Part shown: positions 27,330 through 39,984 of the stretch, in pieces
Numbering within the stretch: position 1 is the stretch's first letter
How the letters are laid out: each line of letters starts with the position of its first letter
NCBI GenBank assembly: GCA_013239625.1
Contig: MU053588.1
Location: 149,988-213,987, forward strand
Direction: 5' to 3'
Origin: Lama guanicoe
Taxonomy: Eukaryota
Length of the DNA stretch: 64,000 nt
The notes under the pieces: model-generated
What the model was told of the DNA's origin: nothing
The model's database searches: none
Seen by the model: only the letters and a program-made list of their open reading frames with translations
Program-made: the position numbers and the translations under genes

Positions 27330-28240
27330 AGCCCTTCTGGTAGGAGTGTAAAATGCTATAATATACTTTGGACAACAGTTTCAGAGTTTCTTGTAAAATT
27401 AAGCACACACTTATCATTGACCCAGAAATCCCAATATTATTATTTACCCAGAAGAATTGAAAATAAATGTCCACCCAAAAACCTGTATGTCTGTTCATTA
27501 GCAGCTGTGTTCATAATAGCCTCACACTAAAAACAACCCAAATGTCCATCAGGTGATAAATGGACAATAAAAAGTGTGTTAATCCATATAATTAAGAACT
27601 ACTCAGTAAAAAAAAAGGAACAAATTACTGATACTTATAATAGCATGAATAAATCCCAGAAGCATTATGCTGAGAGAAATAACCAGACACAAAAGTGCTA
27701 TGTGTGTCCACTTATATGAAATGCTAGAACAGGCTAAATTTACTTATAGTGACAGCAGATCAGTGGTTGTTGAGAGGAGGGACTGGGGGCCGGGATCCGC
27801 TGGGAGCAGATAGCACAAAGGAACTTTCTGGAGTGATGGAAATGATCTAGATCATGATTGGTATGAGTTACACAGGGATATTCTTTTGTCAAAACTCATC
27901 AACTGGTACACTAGAGAGCTTGTTTGGAGGTTCTAGCAGGGGAGCGCAGCTACTCGTATACCCTTGACCAAGAAGAACGGTCCTCCTCCTCAGGGATGGT
28001 TGTTCTCTTTGACCAAGCTCGCAGCTTCGGGAAGGATGCACATGGAGCCGTGAGGGAGGAAGGGGACATCCACCCAGCCAGCCAGATCAGCCGAATCAAC
28101 CCTGGCGATCAGTGGGGTGACAGATGTCACAGCCAGATTGCCCTCATATCCCATCAACCGGTACACTTAAGATTCATGTAATTCACTGTATATTTAACCT
28201 CAGTTAGAAAAAAATTGTAAACAGAAACAACATTAAAAAA
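27330..28240 (+). mobile_element. Old L1M (L1MB/MC-like) 3' region hosting the 7SK retrocopy
   Basis: 'acaacccaaatgtccatca', 'cattatgctgagagaaataaccagacacaaaag', 'ttgtcaaaactcatcaact'. Confidence 0.75.
27914..28151 (-). pseudogene. 7SK snRNA retropseudogene, 3'-truncated (about the first 238 nt)
   Basis: Reverse complement reads GGATATGAGGGCAATCTGGCTGTGACATCTGTCACCCCACTGATCGCCAGGGTTGATTCGGCTGATCTGGCTGGC...GCTAGAACCTCCAAACAAGCTCTC, i.e. the 7SK 5' end. TSD catcaac(t/c)ggtacact at 27897-27912 and 28152-28167. Confidence 0.95.
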
Positions 28241-28837
28241 AAAACAACTCAACTCGATATTGAGGACATACCTATTTTAAGAGAAGAGGAAAGAGGATCA
28301 GAGAAGGTAATTTTTTTTTTTACCCAGAATCATCTGTTTGACCTCTTCAACTTTGCAGAAAGCACCATGGAGGCTGGCTTGACATTCTCTTGCCCTCCGT
28401 GTGTTCCCATCATCCCCACGTTGTGAGTTACCAGTTCTTTGTAAGCTCTCTTATCCTCATTCTTTATTTGACAGGCTTAATATTTGTGCTGAAAATCGGC
28501 CAGAGACCAGGCTGCTGGGGTTTGACACCTATCTGTTGTCTGATCCTTGCTCCCTCCCAGATTCCCCCTCAGAGCTGTTCTGTGCCTTCCCCTCTCTTTT
28601 CATGCTTCGAGCAACCCCCTTTCCAGGAGGGAACCCCCTCTGCCCCACAGTGGTAGCCACTATTCTGACTTCTAGTATTGTAGGTTAATTTCACCTGGTT
28701 TTGAACTTCTCAAGTAGAATCAAGAGTACACACAGTAAATACTCTTTTGTGCCTGGCTTTTTTCAACATTATGTTTCAATATTATGACCTATCTTGTTGC
28801 ATATATTTGTAACTTGTTCATTTTCATTTCTGTGTAT

Positions 28838-29335
28838 CAGTAGTTTCTAAAACTTTTTGGTTTCAGGACGCTTTTACACATTTAAAAACAGCTTTTGTGT
28901 TGTGGCTTATCCGTATTACTATATTAGAAGTTCAAATGAACAAAAATTTAAAATGTCTATAAATCCATTCAAAAATTAATCCATTACACGTTAATGTCAA
29001 ATTTTCTGAAAAATACTTAATTTTTAAAACAAAAAAAATTTAAAGAGAAGAATGGAGAAGTTTCACATTTTTGCTGATCTCTTTAATGTCTGACTTAATA
29101 AAAGATAGCTGGAATGTCATCTGTTTCCACATTTTCTCTGTTGCAGGGTCATATGTCATATAAACATCTAAAAAGTTCCTCTGTATAGTTGTAATAGAAT
29201 GAGAGTAAATAAATCCAACAATATCTTAGAATTACTGTGAAACTAATTATTTACTTTACAGACCCCCCCTCCTTCCCGCCCGACAGGGTCTTAGGGAACC
29301 TCAGGGGTCCCTGAACCACACTTTGAGAACTGCTA
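28838..29335. mobile_element. hAT-Charlie-type non-autonomous DNA transposon
   Basis: Imperfect terminal inverted repeats cagtagtttctaaaact ... actttgagaactgcta. Confidence 0.6.
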
Positions 29336-30011
29336 CTGAATATTGGTCCTTCATGTGACGGTTCACATGTCCTTTCTACTATGGGTGCGTGAGTGGGGAT
29401 TTTGGGTCCGTAATAAACGTTGTTAATACATAATCCTGTGAAGGAGGTTTCCTAGATAGCATTCCTCATTAACCAAAGAGTCCAGGTTATTGATTTATGT
29501 CTTGCTCCTTCCTGCGCAACTGTCCACTCACTTTTCTTGCCAACTGGAATTCTCCACCTGCCTTCCCTCTTTGCACATTTTAACCATCTCACAGGGCTAG
29601 GACCTGGCTTTCTCCATGGTACCTGCCCTCATGGCCCCAGTCCACCCTGGACTCTTCCTTTTCTAGACCCTTCCCTGAGGAAATCTCAAGTTTATTCTAA
29701 TTCATAGACTTGTGTGTGAACAGCACCGCTGGAACTGTGTAGCTTTTGGTGTACTTTGGTTGAAGTTTGAGTCTTCTCACCAAAGAAACTTTTAAGGACT
29801 GAAGAGTTTTTTAAAATGTGCCTCACTTATCTTTTCCATCTTCTGTGTGATATAATACAACCAGATGCATGGATGCATGCCTAAGTTAGGACCCTCAGGA
29901 CCCTGGAACCTGCCAGAACCCCTTACAGATGTCAGAATTTACTGGTACTTGCCAGCTGCATTACTCTGTGGGAATGGGTATGTCTGAGGGTGACTGTGTT
30001 TGTTGTTTTAG

Positions 30012-30275
<264 letters not shown>

Positions 30276-30606
30276 TAAAAATACCTGAGATGATGATTAG
30301 AAATGCCAGTTCCTGTCCAAATTAAAGGAGACTAAAGAGATAAGACAACTAAATGTGGTATGTTAGCCTAGATAAAAAATATTGAAGAAAAGAACACTAA
30401 AGGGGACATATTTGCAACAATTGGCATCGTTTGCAAATTAACTGTGGGCTAGATAGTAATACTGTGTCCATGTTAAGTTTCCTGATTTTGATGACTGTAC
30501 TGCGGTTACAGAAAAGAATGTCCCTGTTCTTAGGAAATGTACACTGAAGAATTCAGTCAGAGACCCACAGGCCTGTAACTTCCTCTCAGATGGTTTAGAA
30601 AAGAAT

Positions 30607-30633
30607 TGTGTGTGTGTGTGTGTGTGTGTGTGT
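30607..30633. repeat. (TG)n microsatellite
   Basis: Direct read. Similar tracts at 31018-31040 (TG) and 52278-52298 (CA). Confidence 0.95.
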
Positions 30634-31200
30634 ATGGAGAGAGAGAGCGAACATAAAGTAAATGGACCAAATATTAACAACTGGTGAGTATGGATTAGGG
30701 TTCCTTGGGCCTTCTGTGTATTATTACTCTTGCCATTTTTCTCTAAAATAAAAGATTATCCAGAAAAACCTATATCCCTAGGTTCCATCACAAGGGCTAC
30801 TGAGTCAGTGGATTTGGGATGGAGTCTGCATTTTTGACAAGTCTCTTCAAACCACACTTTGGGCAGTGCTCCTCCAGTGGACGCAGAATCATTACGGCCT
30901 GTTCAGCCCATGAGAGTTAGTACGGGTGTATATGACCAGCGGGCCTCTTCACCAAAGTCCCCAGAAACTCCTAGAACTTTTGCTTTTAGGAAAAATATTT
31001 CTTTGTTCATTTGTCTCTGTGTGTGTGTGTGTGTGTGTGTATGTAAGTAAATGTGAATCGTGATATTCATGCGTAATGGTTTTATTCATCTTTCTCAGTC
31101 TTCCGAGGACCTTCATGAATACCAAGGGATACGATTTGCCTGGAGGGAGGGTCCTTGTCCACATCACAGTGCCCTAATCCACGTCTTTCCCCTCAAGCAG

Positions 31201-31290
31201 GACATCTGCTGTCCAAACCAGAAATGATTTCCCATTTTGAACAAGATGATGTGCGGTTGGAGTTAAAAATACCAAGAAGCTCCTATTCAG
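31201..31290 (+). CDS. Divergent KRAB-B exon (GHLLSKPEMISHFEQDDVRLELKIPRSSYS)
   Basis: aagcag|GA ... TCAG|gtgag; 90 bp, frame-preserving. Retains KP..IS..EQ but lacks EPW. Confidence 0.85.
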
Positions 31291-31967
31291 GTGAGAACCA
31301 GTCAGCCAGGAGTAAATGGCATTGATAACCCTATGAATCCAGGAGGGCATGGGTAGCAATTTTAAAAATACATATTATTTTACTTTTTATGCTGACAATG
31401 GAAAATGTTTAACTATTTATTTGACTGGGGTTAAATATCTTTTTTAATAAAAGCATTAAATTCCCAGGCTCCTCAAATGCACTTGAAATCAGCCTTACCA
31501 TCTTATTGGTTCTTCGATAAAGCTTTTGACAAATAGTCACTCCATATTTGTATGAAAGTCATGTTTTTAATTTTTTGATAATTTATGCTTTGACAGCCAT
31601 AACCCACTTGTAGCTCACAGAATTTGACTTGGTGTTTCTAGTAACATGTAGTTTCCTTGATGAAGGAAAAGGTCCCCAGTATCTTCCCCTTCCCCTTTCT
31701 TTTTTTTTTCTTCACTTTTCTTTGTTTTGGAGGGTTTTTTTTAATTTTCTTTTTTATTTGTTTGTTTTTATTCTTTCTCATTTCTTCCCTTTCCCCTTGA
31801 AGCAAAAATGAAAAACAGTGTCAGGAGGACAGAGACCAGCAGCCCAACACTCTCCAGTCAGTGAAGTTTCTTTACCTTACCAGTACTGCCTGAGTGTGGC
31901 CAGAAGCACCGTGCAGCGTCAGGCAAAACCCCTGCTCACTTGCATCATCTAATTTTCTTTGTCCCAG

Positions 31968-32740
31968 GAGTCAGGGATGAGAATGATGGGATTCTCTCTT
32001 GGCGAGTATCTCCAGAAGAAAAACCCTGTAGCTGTCCCCAGAGTGGCCAAGACTTCAGCCAGCCCAGAAAGCTTGTAATTCACCAGCAAACGCAGAAGGG
32101 AAAGAAGCTCTCGCCATGTGACGGGTGTGGAGGAGCCTTCAGTGAAAGGACAACAGACCTTAACCTTCCTGTGCTCCTCCCAGGGGAAAAGCTCCACCAC
32201 TGTGTGGAGTGGTCCAGAGTCTTCAACTCAGGATCTGCTCTGAGAAGGCACAAGAAGGACCACATGGGAAAGAAAGCTCACACGTGTGAGGAATGTGGGA
32301 AGGACTTCAGCCGCAGCTCTAACCTCTCCATCCACCGGCAGGTACACACGGGTGAGAAGCCCTACAGCTGTGGTGTGTGCGGGAGGGACTTCAGCTGCAG
32401 CTCCAATCTCTCTATCCACCAGCGCATCCACACAGGGGAGAAACCCTTCAGGTGCCGTGACTGTGGCAAAGACTTCAGCCGCAGGGCAGCCCTGCAGATC
32501 CACCAGAGGGTCCACACGGGAGAGCGACCCTACTTGTGTGCTGTTTGTGGGAGGAACTTCAGACATTGCTCGGCCCTCAAGAGGCACCAGAGGGTGCACA
32601 CAGGGGAGAAGCCCTGTCTCTGTGCTGTGTGTGGGAAGGGCTTCAGTCAGAGAGTCCACCTGCAGACGCACCAGAAGATGCACTGTAGGGAGATGCGTCC
32701 AGGATTGCGCTCCGCGCATGCAGGTGCCTTCCAGAGCTGA
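31968..32740 (+). CDS. Zinc-finger exon of the unnamed KRAB-ZNF: 3 degenerate + 5 intact C2H2 fingers
   Basis: Acceptor ctaattttctttgtcccag|GA is in phase with KRAB-B. Open to TGA at 32738-32740; fingers ...SRSSNLSIH, SCSSNLSIH, SRRAALQIH, RHCSALKRH, SQRVHLQTH. Confidence 0.85.
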
Positions 32741-32789
32741 GGGGAATGCCAGGGCGTGGGAGCAGAGGTGCATGGCATGGATCAGGCTT

Positions 32790-35700
32790 AATGGTCCATG
32801 GTGCTTTTTAGTGTGTACCCAGAAAGGAACAGAGATTACATGTGCCAGTTGATAAATTTTCACATAGTGAACACTCCTGTGTCCAGCACTTGGCTGGAGA
32901 AATGGAACATTCCCAGCTCTCCCAGAAGACCCCTACTAGTTGCCTCTTTCCATTCATGACCCCACAGAGGGAATCACCGTCCTGACTTGTAAAACCACAG
33001 ATTAGTTTTGCAAGTTCTAGAATATCATATAAGTGGAATTACATAGTATATAATCTTTCGTGTAGGAAGATTTATTCACTTAACATCTGCAAGAATCATT
33101 CATGTCGTTGCACGTATTTAGAAGTTTAATTTTATTATGTAGTAGTGTTCCACTGTATGAATGAACCACAGTTTGTCCATTCATCTGTTGATGCGCATTT
33201 ACATTTGGGTTATTTCCAGGTTTTGGTTGTTGTAAATAAAGTTGCTGTGAATATTTGGTACACATCTTTGTGTACAAATATTCTTTAGTTTCTCTTGGGT
33301 ATATACTTAGGAGTAGAGTTGATGAGTATACCAAAACTTTTAAAAACAGCTTATTAAAATCCAAAAATACATGATTAATTTTCACTACATATCAATATAT
33401 ATTATGCCATCAATAGTAATACTTTGTACATTGGATTTTTACTTATACTTGGAAATTTTCAAACAAACGTAGACATGGAACAGTATATCAAACACTCATA
33501 TCCCCATCACCTAGCTTCAATAATAAATTCATGATAAATTCTGTTTTCCCTGTTCCGCCTTCCCTCACACACAATTCTGAAGGAAGTTAAAGCAAATCAT
33601 AGACTAGGATATTGTGCCATCTGTAAATACTTTAGTGTAGATCTTAAAAAAAAAGATATTAAAAATTTTCTTTCATAGAATCACTCTTTTGCTTTAAAAT
33701 TTTTTATATTGAAGTGAAATTTAGATAACATAAAATTCACTGTTTTAAACATTTCAGAATGTACAATTTAGTAGTTTTTAGTACATTCACAACATTTTGC
33801 AACCATCACCACTGTCTAATTCCGGAGGGTTTTCATCAGGCCAAAAAGATCCTCCATTACAATTTATCACTCTTCATTCTCTCCTTCCCCCAGCCTCTGG
33901 CAACCACCAATATACTTTCTGTCTGTATAGATTTACCTATTCTGGACATTTCGTATTTATGGAATCAGACAATATACAGCCTTTTATATCTGGCTTCTTT
34001 GACTTAGCATAATGTTTTCAAGGTTCATCTTTGTTCACATATCAGTACTTCATTGCTTTTTTATGGCTGAACAGCATTTCATTGTATGGATATACAGCAT
34101 TTCAGAATCAATTCTTTAGCTGATGGACATTTGGGTTTTACTTTGTGGCTTTTTTGAATAATACTACTATGAACATTCACGTACAAGTTTTTCATTGAGC
34201 ATATGCTTTTTAATTCTCTCGGGTATTTATGGATAGGAGTTGGGAGAGTGGGTCATATGGTAATTCTGTTTAACTGCTTGAGGAACTGCCAATTGTTTTC
34301 CATAGTAGTTGTACCATTTTGCTTTTGCCACCAGCAGTGTATGAGAGTTCCAGTTTCTCCACATCCTCACCAACACTTGTCATTTCCCATTTGTCTGCTT
34401 TGCTTTTAATCATAGCCGTGCTAGTGACTGTGAAGTGGTGTCTTATTGTGGTTTTGATTTATTACATTTTCCTAATTACTGATGATTTGAATTTCTTTTT
34501 ATGCATTTATTGGCCATTTGTATATTTTCTTCAGAGAAATGTCTATTTAAGTCACCTGGGACTGTCCTGACATTTCTTCTCCTTTTCTTGAAGGATAGTT
34601 TTACAGGATATAGAATCTTGGTTATGATCTTATAATCCTTTTTATTTCTGTAAGGTCAGTAGTAATGTCCCCACTTTCATTCATGATATTAGTAACTTGA
34701 GTCTTCTTGTTTCCTTAGTCTATTTAAAGGTTTATCAATTTTGTTGATCTTTTCAAGGAACTAACATTTGGTTCTGTTGATTCTCTATTATTTTTCTTTT
34801 CTCTATTTTGTTTGTATCCTTTCTAATATTTATCATTGCCTTCCTTCTGCTTACTTTATGTTTATTTGGTATTTTTTCTAGTTCCTTAAGGTGGAAGTTT
34901 AGGTTATTGATTTGAGATCTTTTTAGGGTAGCATTTTACAGCTATAGATTTCCCTCTGAGTACTGCATTAGCTACAGCCCATACCTTTTGTTGTGTTTTG
35001 TTGTTGTTGTTGTTAATTGAAGTATAGTCAGTTTACAATGTTGTGTTAATTTCTGGTATACAGTATAGTGATTCATTTATACATATATATAAATATATAT
35101 ACTCCTTTTCATGTTCTTTTTCATTATAGGCCATTACAAGGTATTATAGTTCGCTGTGCTATACAGTAGGACCTTGTTGTTTATCTATTCTGTGTATAGT
35201 AGTATCTGCTGTTGTGTTGTGTTTTCATTTTCATTCATCTCAAAGTATTTTCTAAATTCTATCATGATTTTTTTCTTTGATCCCCTGGTTGTTTGAGAGA
35301 GTGGATTTAATTGCCATTTAGATATGAATTTTCAAATTTCCTTCTGCTATTAATTTTTAATTTCATTCCATTTTGGTCAAAGAAAATACTTCGTATGGTT
35401 TCAGAGTTTATATATTTATTGAGACTAGTTTTGTGGCCTAATATATGGTCCACCTTGATGAATATTCCATATATACTTGACAAGAGGGTTTATTCTAATG
35501 TTGTTGGGTGGAGTGTTTTATATATGTCTGTTTGGTCTAGTTGTAGTTGTTTTTTGATTCATATAGAATCAAGATGAGTTACAGACCAAAATTATACTAA
35601 TACTGTTGTTTATATTTACCTGTGTAGTCACCTTTATTGGTATTCTTTATCTCTTCATGTGGATTTGAGTTGTCTAGTGCCATTTCATTTCAGCCTGAAG

Positions 35701-36930
35701 GGCTTTCTTTAGCACTTTCTAAAGGGCATGTCAATACTGATGAATTTTCTCAATTTTAATTCATCTGGGACTATCATGACAATTTCTCTTCCTTTTTTTG
35801 ATTTTTTTTTTTTTATATTTTACCAAATATAGAAATCTTGGTTGAAAGTTTTGGTTTTTCTTTTTCAGCACTTTGAATTGTCATCCCACTCTTTCTGGCC
35901 TTCATGGTTTCTAATGAGAAATCAGCTGTTAATCTTGTTAATATTCTTTGTACATTTTGCCACTTTAAATATTTGATCTTTGGCTTTTGGCAGTATGATT
36001 ATAATGTTTCTGTGTGTGAATCTCTTTCAGTTTATCCTACTTGGGAGTTTCTTGAGATTCCTAGATGTGTAGATCATTATTTTCAAATATTCTTTCTTCC
36101 CCTCCCCTTATCCAGTTTGGAATTATCATTTTGAGGATGTTTGAATGCTTGAAAGTGCCCCACAGACCTCTGGCTCTATTCATTTTTCTTTTTTTGTCTT
36201 TTTGCTCCTCAGACTAGATAATTTCATTTGACTTATCTTCAAGTTTGCCAGTTGTTTTTTTCTGCCTGTTCAACTCTACTATTGACTCTTCTAGTGAATT
36301 TTTCATTTCAATTATTTTATTTTTCTGCTCTAAATTCTCAGTTTGGCTCCTTTATATAAATTTTTTTTCTTTATTGATATTTTCTTTTTGGTGAGACATT
36401 GTTCTCATGGTTTCCTTTAGCTCTTTGAACATATATATAAGTAATTCATTTCAGGTCTTTGTGTGTTAGAGCTAATGTCTGAGCTTCCTCAGGGACAGTT
36501 TCTGTTTCTTTTCCCTGTGTATGAACTATACTATTTTTTGCATGCTTTGTAATTTTTTGTTGAAAACCAGATATCTTGAATATAATAATGTGGCAAGTCT
36601 GAAAATCACGTTTGCCCCTTTCCCCAGGTTTATTTTTGGTTCTTGTTACAGTTGATATGACTAGTTTGTTTAGTGACTTAACTGATTTTATAGAATCAAG
36701 TATATTGTTTTTCATTTTCAAATATCTGTTCCATTGTCTTGTGTTGAGCTAGCGATTTGACCAAGATTTTTTTTGCCTGGAACCAAAAATAATCCCCCAG
36801 TCTTTGCTGATGTACTTTATCTCTGTTTGGCAACCTTCAGCACTTAGTTAGGCAAGTTGCAACTGTGTCTTGGCCTTCACTTCCTCCTTGTACAGAGCCT
36901 GAAGATCAGCCAGAAGTGAAAGTTTAGGAC
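32790..36930 (-). mobile_element. Cluster of old antisense L1 fragments (L1ME/MB-like), with a young L1 3' end nested at ~35000-35210
   Basis: L1 3'UTR/ORF2 antisense motifs 'tgatggacatttgggtt', 'ccaccagcagtgtatgagagttccagtttctccacatcctcaccaacacttg', 'tttaatttcattccattttggtc'. Confidence 0.75.
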
Positions 36931-37731
36931 TTTATTTATTAAAAACTCATAAAGGTATCAATAAAAGGCTATTTATTGAAATACTAGTTTTGGTGATAAA
37001 AAAGTACTTTGACATCTTAAATTATATATAATTTATATGATACATATATATGTGGGATATATATAGGGATATGTGTGTGTGCATGTGTATATATATATAA
37101 TCATATTATCCTGTCATTATACCCTATCATATAATGGAGGATACTTTAACTCTTACAAGAAATGAGTTTGCTCTTTATCTACTGTCCTGATGTGATTCAT
37201 GGTAAATTGTTATATGAAAAAGTAAAATGGTTTATAATAAAATAATGAAAACAAGAAACCTGATATATACTTTTGTATGTTTGCAAATACTGACATGAAT
37301 CCTGGAGAACATTGTGGAAAGATGTTCATTATCTTGTTAACATTGGAACTGGGTCAGTGGGTGGGACTGGAGGGGGAATACTGATTTCTCTGTATAGAAT
37401 TAAATAGATGGAGGAAGAAAACTGATTTTAAAATGCCTGAAGGGATTGGAAAAAAGAAGGAAAAACAAAAAGAATCCAAAATATATCATAGTGACAATGC
37501 TTGTGGACTTAGAAGCCAGACCTTGTGGGTACAAAACCTTGCTTTCCACTTGCTTTGTTATGTTGATAAAGCCTTCTAGTGCCTATTCTGGTTTTAATTT
37601 CCACATGAAAAATATGAATTATTGTACTTACATCTTTTTTCAGGATGAAATGGTAAACTCCATTGTTACAATCAGTGTAAAATACTGCACATAGGCCTGG
37701 CACATAATTGTTCAAATCATTTTTACTATTA

Positions 37732-38708
37732 TTTTTATTTAAAACAATTTTTTATTGAAGTACAGTCAATTACAATTTGTCAGTCTCTGGTGTACAGCAC
37801 AGTGTCCTAGTCATGCATACACATACATATGTTCATTTTCATATTTTTCCATTAAAAGTTATTACAAGATATTGAACATTGTTCCCTGTGCTATACAAAA
37901 TAAACTTTTAAAAACATAATTTTATATATAGTGGCTAACATTTGTAAATCTCAAACTCCCCAACTCCCCTCCCACCCCCTTTCCCTGGTAACTGTAAGAT
38001 TGTTTACTAAGTCTGTGAGTCTGTTTCTGTTTTGTACATGAGTTCATAGTGTCTGTTTTTTTTTGGATTACATTTATGAGTGATATATCATATGGTATTT
38101 TTATTTCTCTTTCTGGCTTACTTCACTTAGAATGATCTCTAGGTCCATCCATGGTGCTGCTGCAAATGGCATTATTTTATTCTTTTTTACGGCAGAGTAG
38201 TATTCCATTGTATAAATATACTACAGCTTCTTTATCCAGTTGTCTGTCAGTGGACATTTAGGTTGCTTCCATGTCTTGGCTATTGTATATAATGCTGCTA
38301 TGAACATTGGGATGCATGTATCTTTTTGCATTAGAGTTCCCTCCTGATATACACCCAGAAGTGGGATTGCAGTTACTTAATAACAACAAAAAAAATCCAA
38401 TCCAAAAATGGGCAGAAGATTTTAACAAGCATTTCTCCAATGAAGACATACAATTGGCCAATACACTTGAAAAAATGCCCAATATCACTAATTATCAGAG
38501 AAATGCAAATCAAAACTACAATGAGGTATCACCTCACTCAAGTCAGAATGGCCATCGTTCAAAAGTCTATGAAGGATTAATGCTGGAAAGGGTGTGGAGA
38601 AAAGGGAACCCTCCTACACTGCTGGTGGGAATGTAGTTTGGTGCAGCCATTATGGAAAACAGTATGGAGAGTCCTCAAAAAACCAACAATAGGCTTACCA
38701 TATGATCC
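37732..38708 (-). mobile_element. Young L1 with 5' inversion (twin priming)
   Basis: Antisense 3' end 37732-~38371 abuts sense ORF2 piece ~38372-38708 ([15 protein letters not shown]...). The two pieces are contiguous in L1 (…atatgatcc|agcaatcccac…). Confidence 0.85.
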
Positions 38709-39049
38709 TACTATGACTACTATTGTTGACTCAGTAGAAGGATGTGTTGAGTAGTTGGATGGAAAGACAAAGACTCTTAAGATAGGAAAATAAATTCAAA
38801 GAAATTTTCAGCTATGTGCTGTGCAACCTGCCCCTGGGTTTGGTTTTGCAAAGGGGCCCTTCACTGAAAGCATCTGTTTGATTTCTTGCATTAATGTTTC
38901 CCCTGTCCACTTCATTTTATTATGATTTATTAGCCCATTAATAATGAGACCTGCTATGGGCAAAGTCGGGTCTCGTAGCACCCAGACAAGGCTGGGGAGT
39001 CTCCAGCACCGGGTGCAAATCTTGGAGAAAGCAGCCAACAACGTGAGGG

Positions 39050-39660
39050 TTGACTGTGAAGTCCGGGTGGGCTGCCCACTGCAGGAATCCTGGGGCTGAG
39101 ACCGGCAAGAAACCTTTTGGCAAAGTTTGTAGGGGTGTCCGCCCCAGACTTTTCTCATTGCCCAACGGGAGGCGAAACTTCCCCTCCCTTGCACATCCAT
39201 TGGCTAATAGCTCAGTCTGTATTTGGAGATGCGGGCATTCTTTCCTTCCGCCTCCCCGTTGCCTGGAAACGGAGTCCAGTCTATTAACATTTGATTGTTT
39301 CCCGTTGGCCATGGTTTCCAGAAGCTCGCCCGCATTCGGAGCCACCGGCAAGCGCGGGGCCAGCAGACGTAGCCCTGGCAGGCCGTGCTGAACCTGGTTC
39401 CGAAGCCGTGGGTTGTCCAGGCAAGGCCGCGGGACTGGGGACGCTGGGGGACTGCGCGGCGGGAAGTCCTCCGGGTTGGTTGCGCGCTTGGGAGGTCGGC
39501 TCTCACGGCGGGAACCGGGACTCGGGCTCGGAACCCGAGGGGTAAACTCCGAGCTGCGGCCGGGCCTTTCCTCTTTCCAGCCGTCCTTGGTGGGCCGCCC
39601 AGCCCCTTGGGCTGATTCTCAGGGCTTCCCAGCCTCCGACTCGCAGGGTCTCGGGATTAA
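39050..39660. promoter_or_regulatory. CpG island, putative upstream promoter
   Basis: CpG-rich, with inverted CCAAT (ATTGG ~39199), GC boxes, GGCGGGAAGT and a candidate donor GG|gtaaac at 39542. Confidence 0.65.
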
Positions 39661-39852
39661 AGGTAAAAACGGGGATTTTTCAGGCCACTCCAGTAAAACA
39701 CCCTTTTATTTTTTGGTGAGGTTTGCTTTTTGGGTTTTTTGTTTGTTTGTTTGTTTGAGAACGCCCTCCTGGAGGAGTTGGCCGAGGGGTTCAGATTTAT
39801 TAAATAAGTTCCTGGTTTAGAGTGTGTTAATAGTGTAGCGCCCCAACCTTTT

Positions 39853-39984
39853 GGGGGGAGGGGGGCGAGGAGGTAATTAGATTTATTTATTTATTTATTC
39901 TTAACAGAGGTACTGGGGGTTGAACCCAAGACATAATGCATGCTAAGCAAGCTCTCTACCACTGAGCTATATTCTCCCCTCCAA
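39853..39984 (-). mobile_element. Vic-1-like SINE
   Basis: A/B boxes in antisense; TSD cccc(a/g)acctttt. Confidence 0.85.

Noticed and set aside
27914..28151. Functional 7SK gene
   Set aside because: 3'-truncated, many substitutions, flanked by a TSD inside an L1, and lacks the upstream PSE/TATA and T-run terminator.
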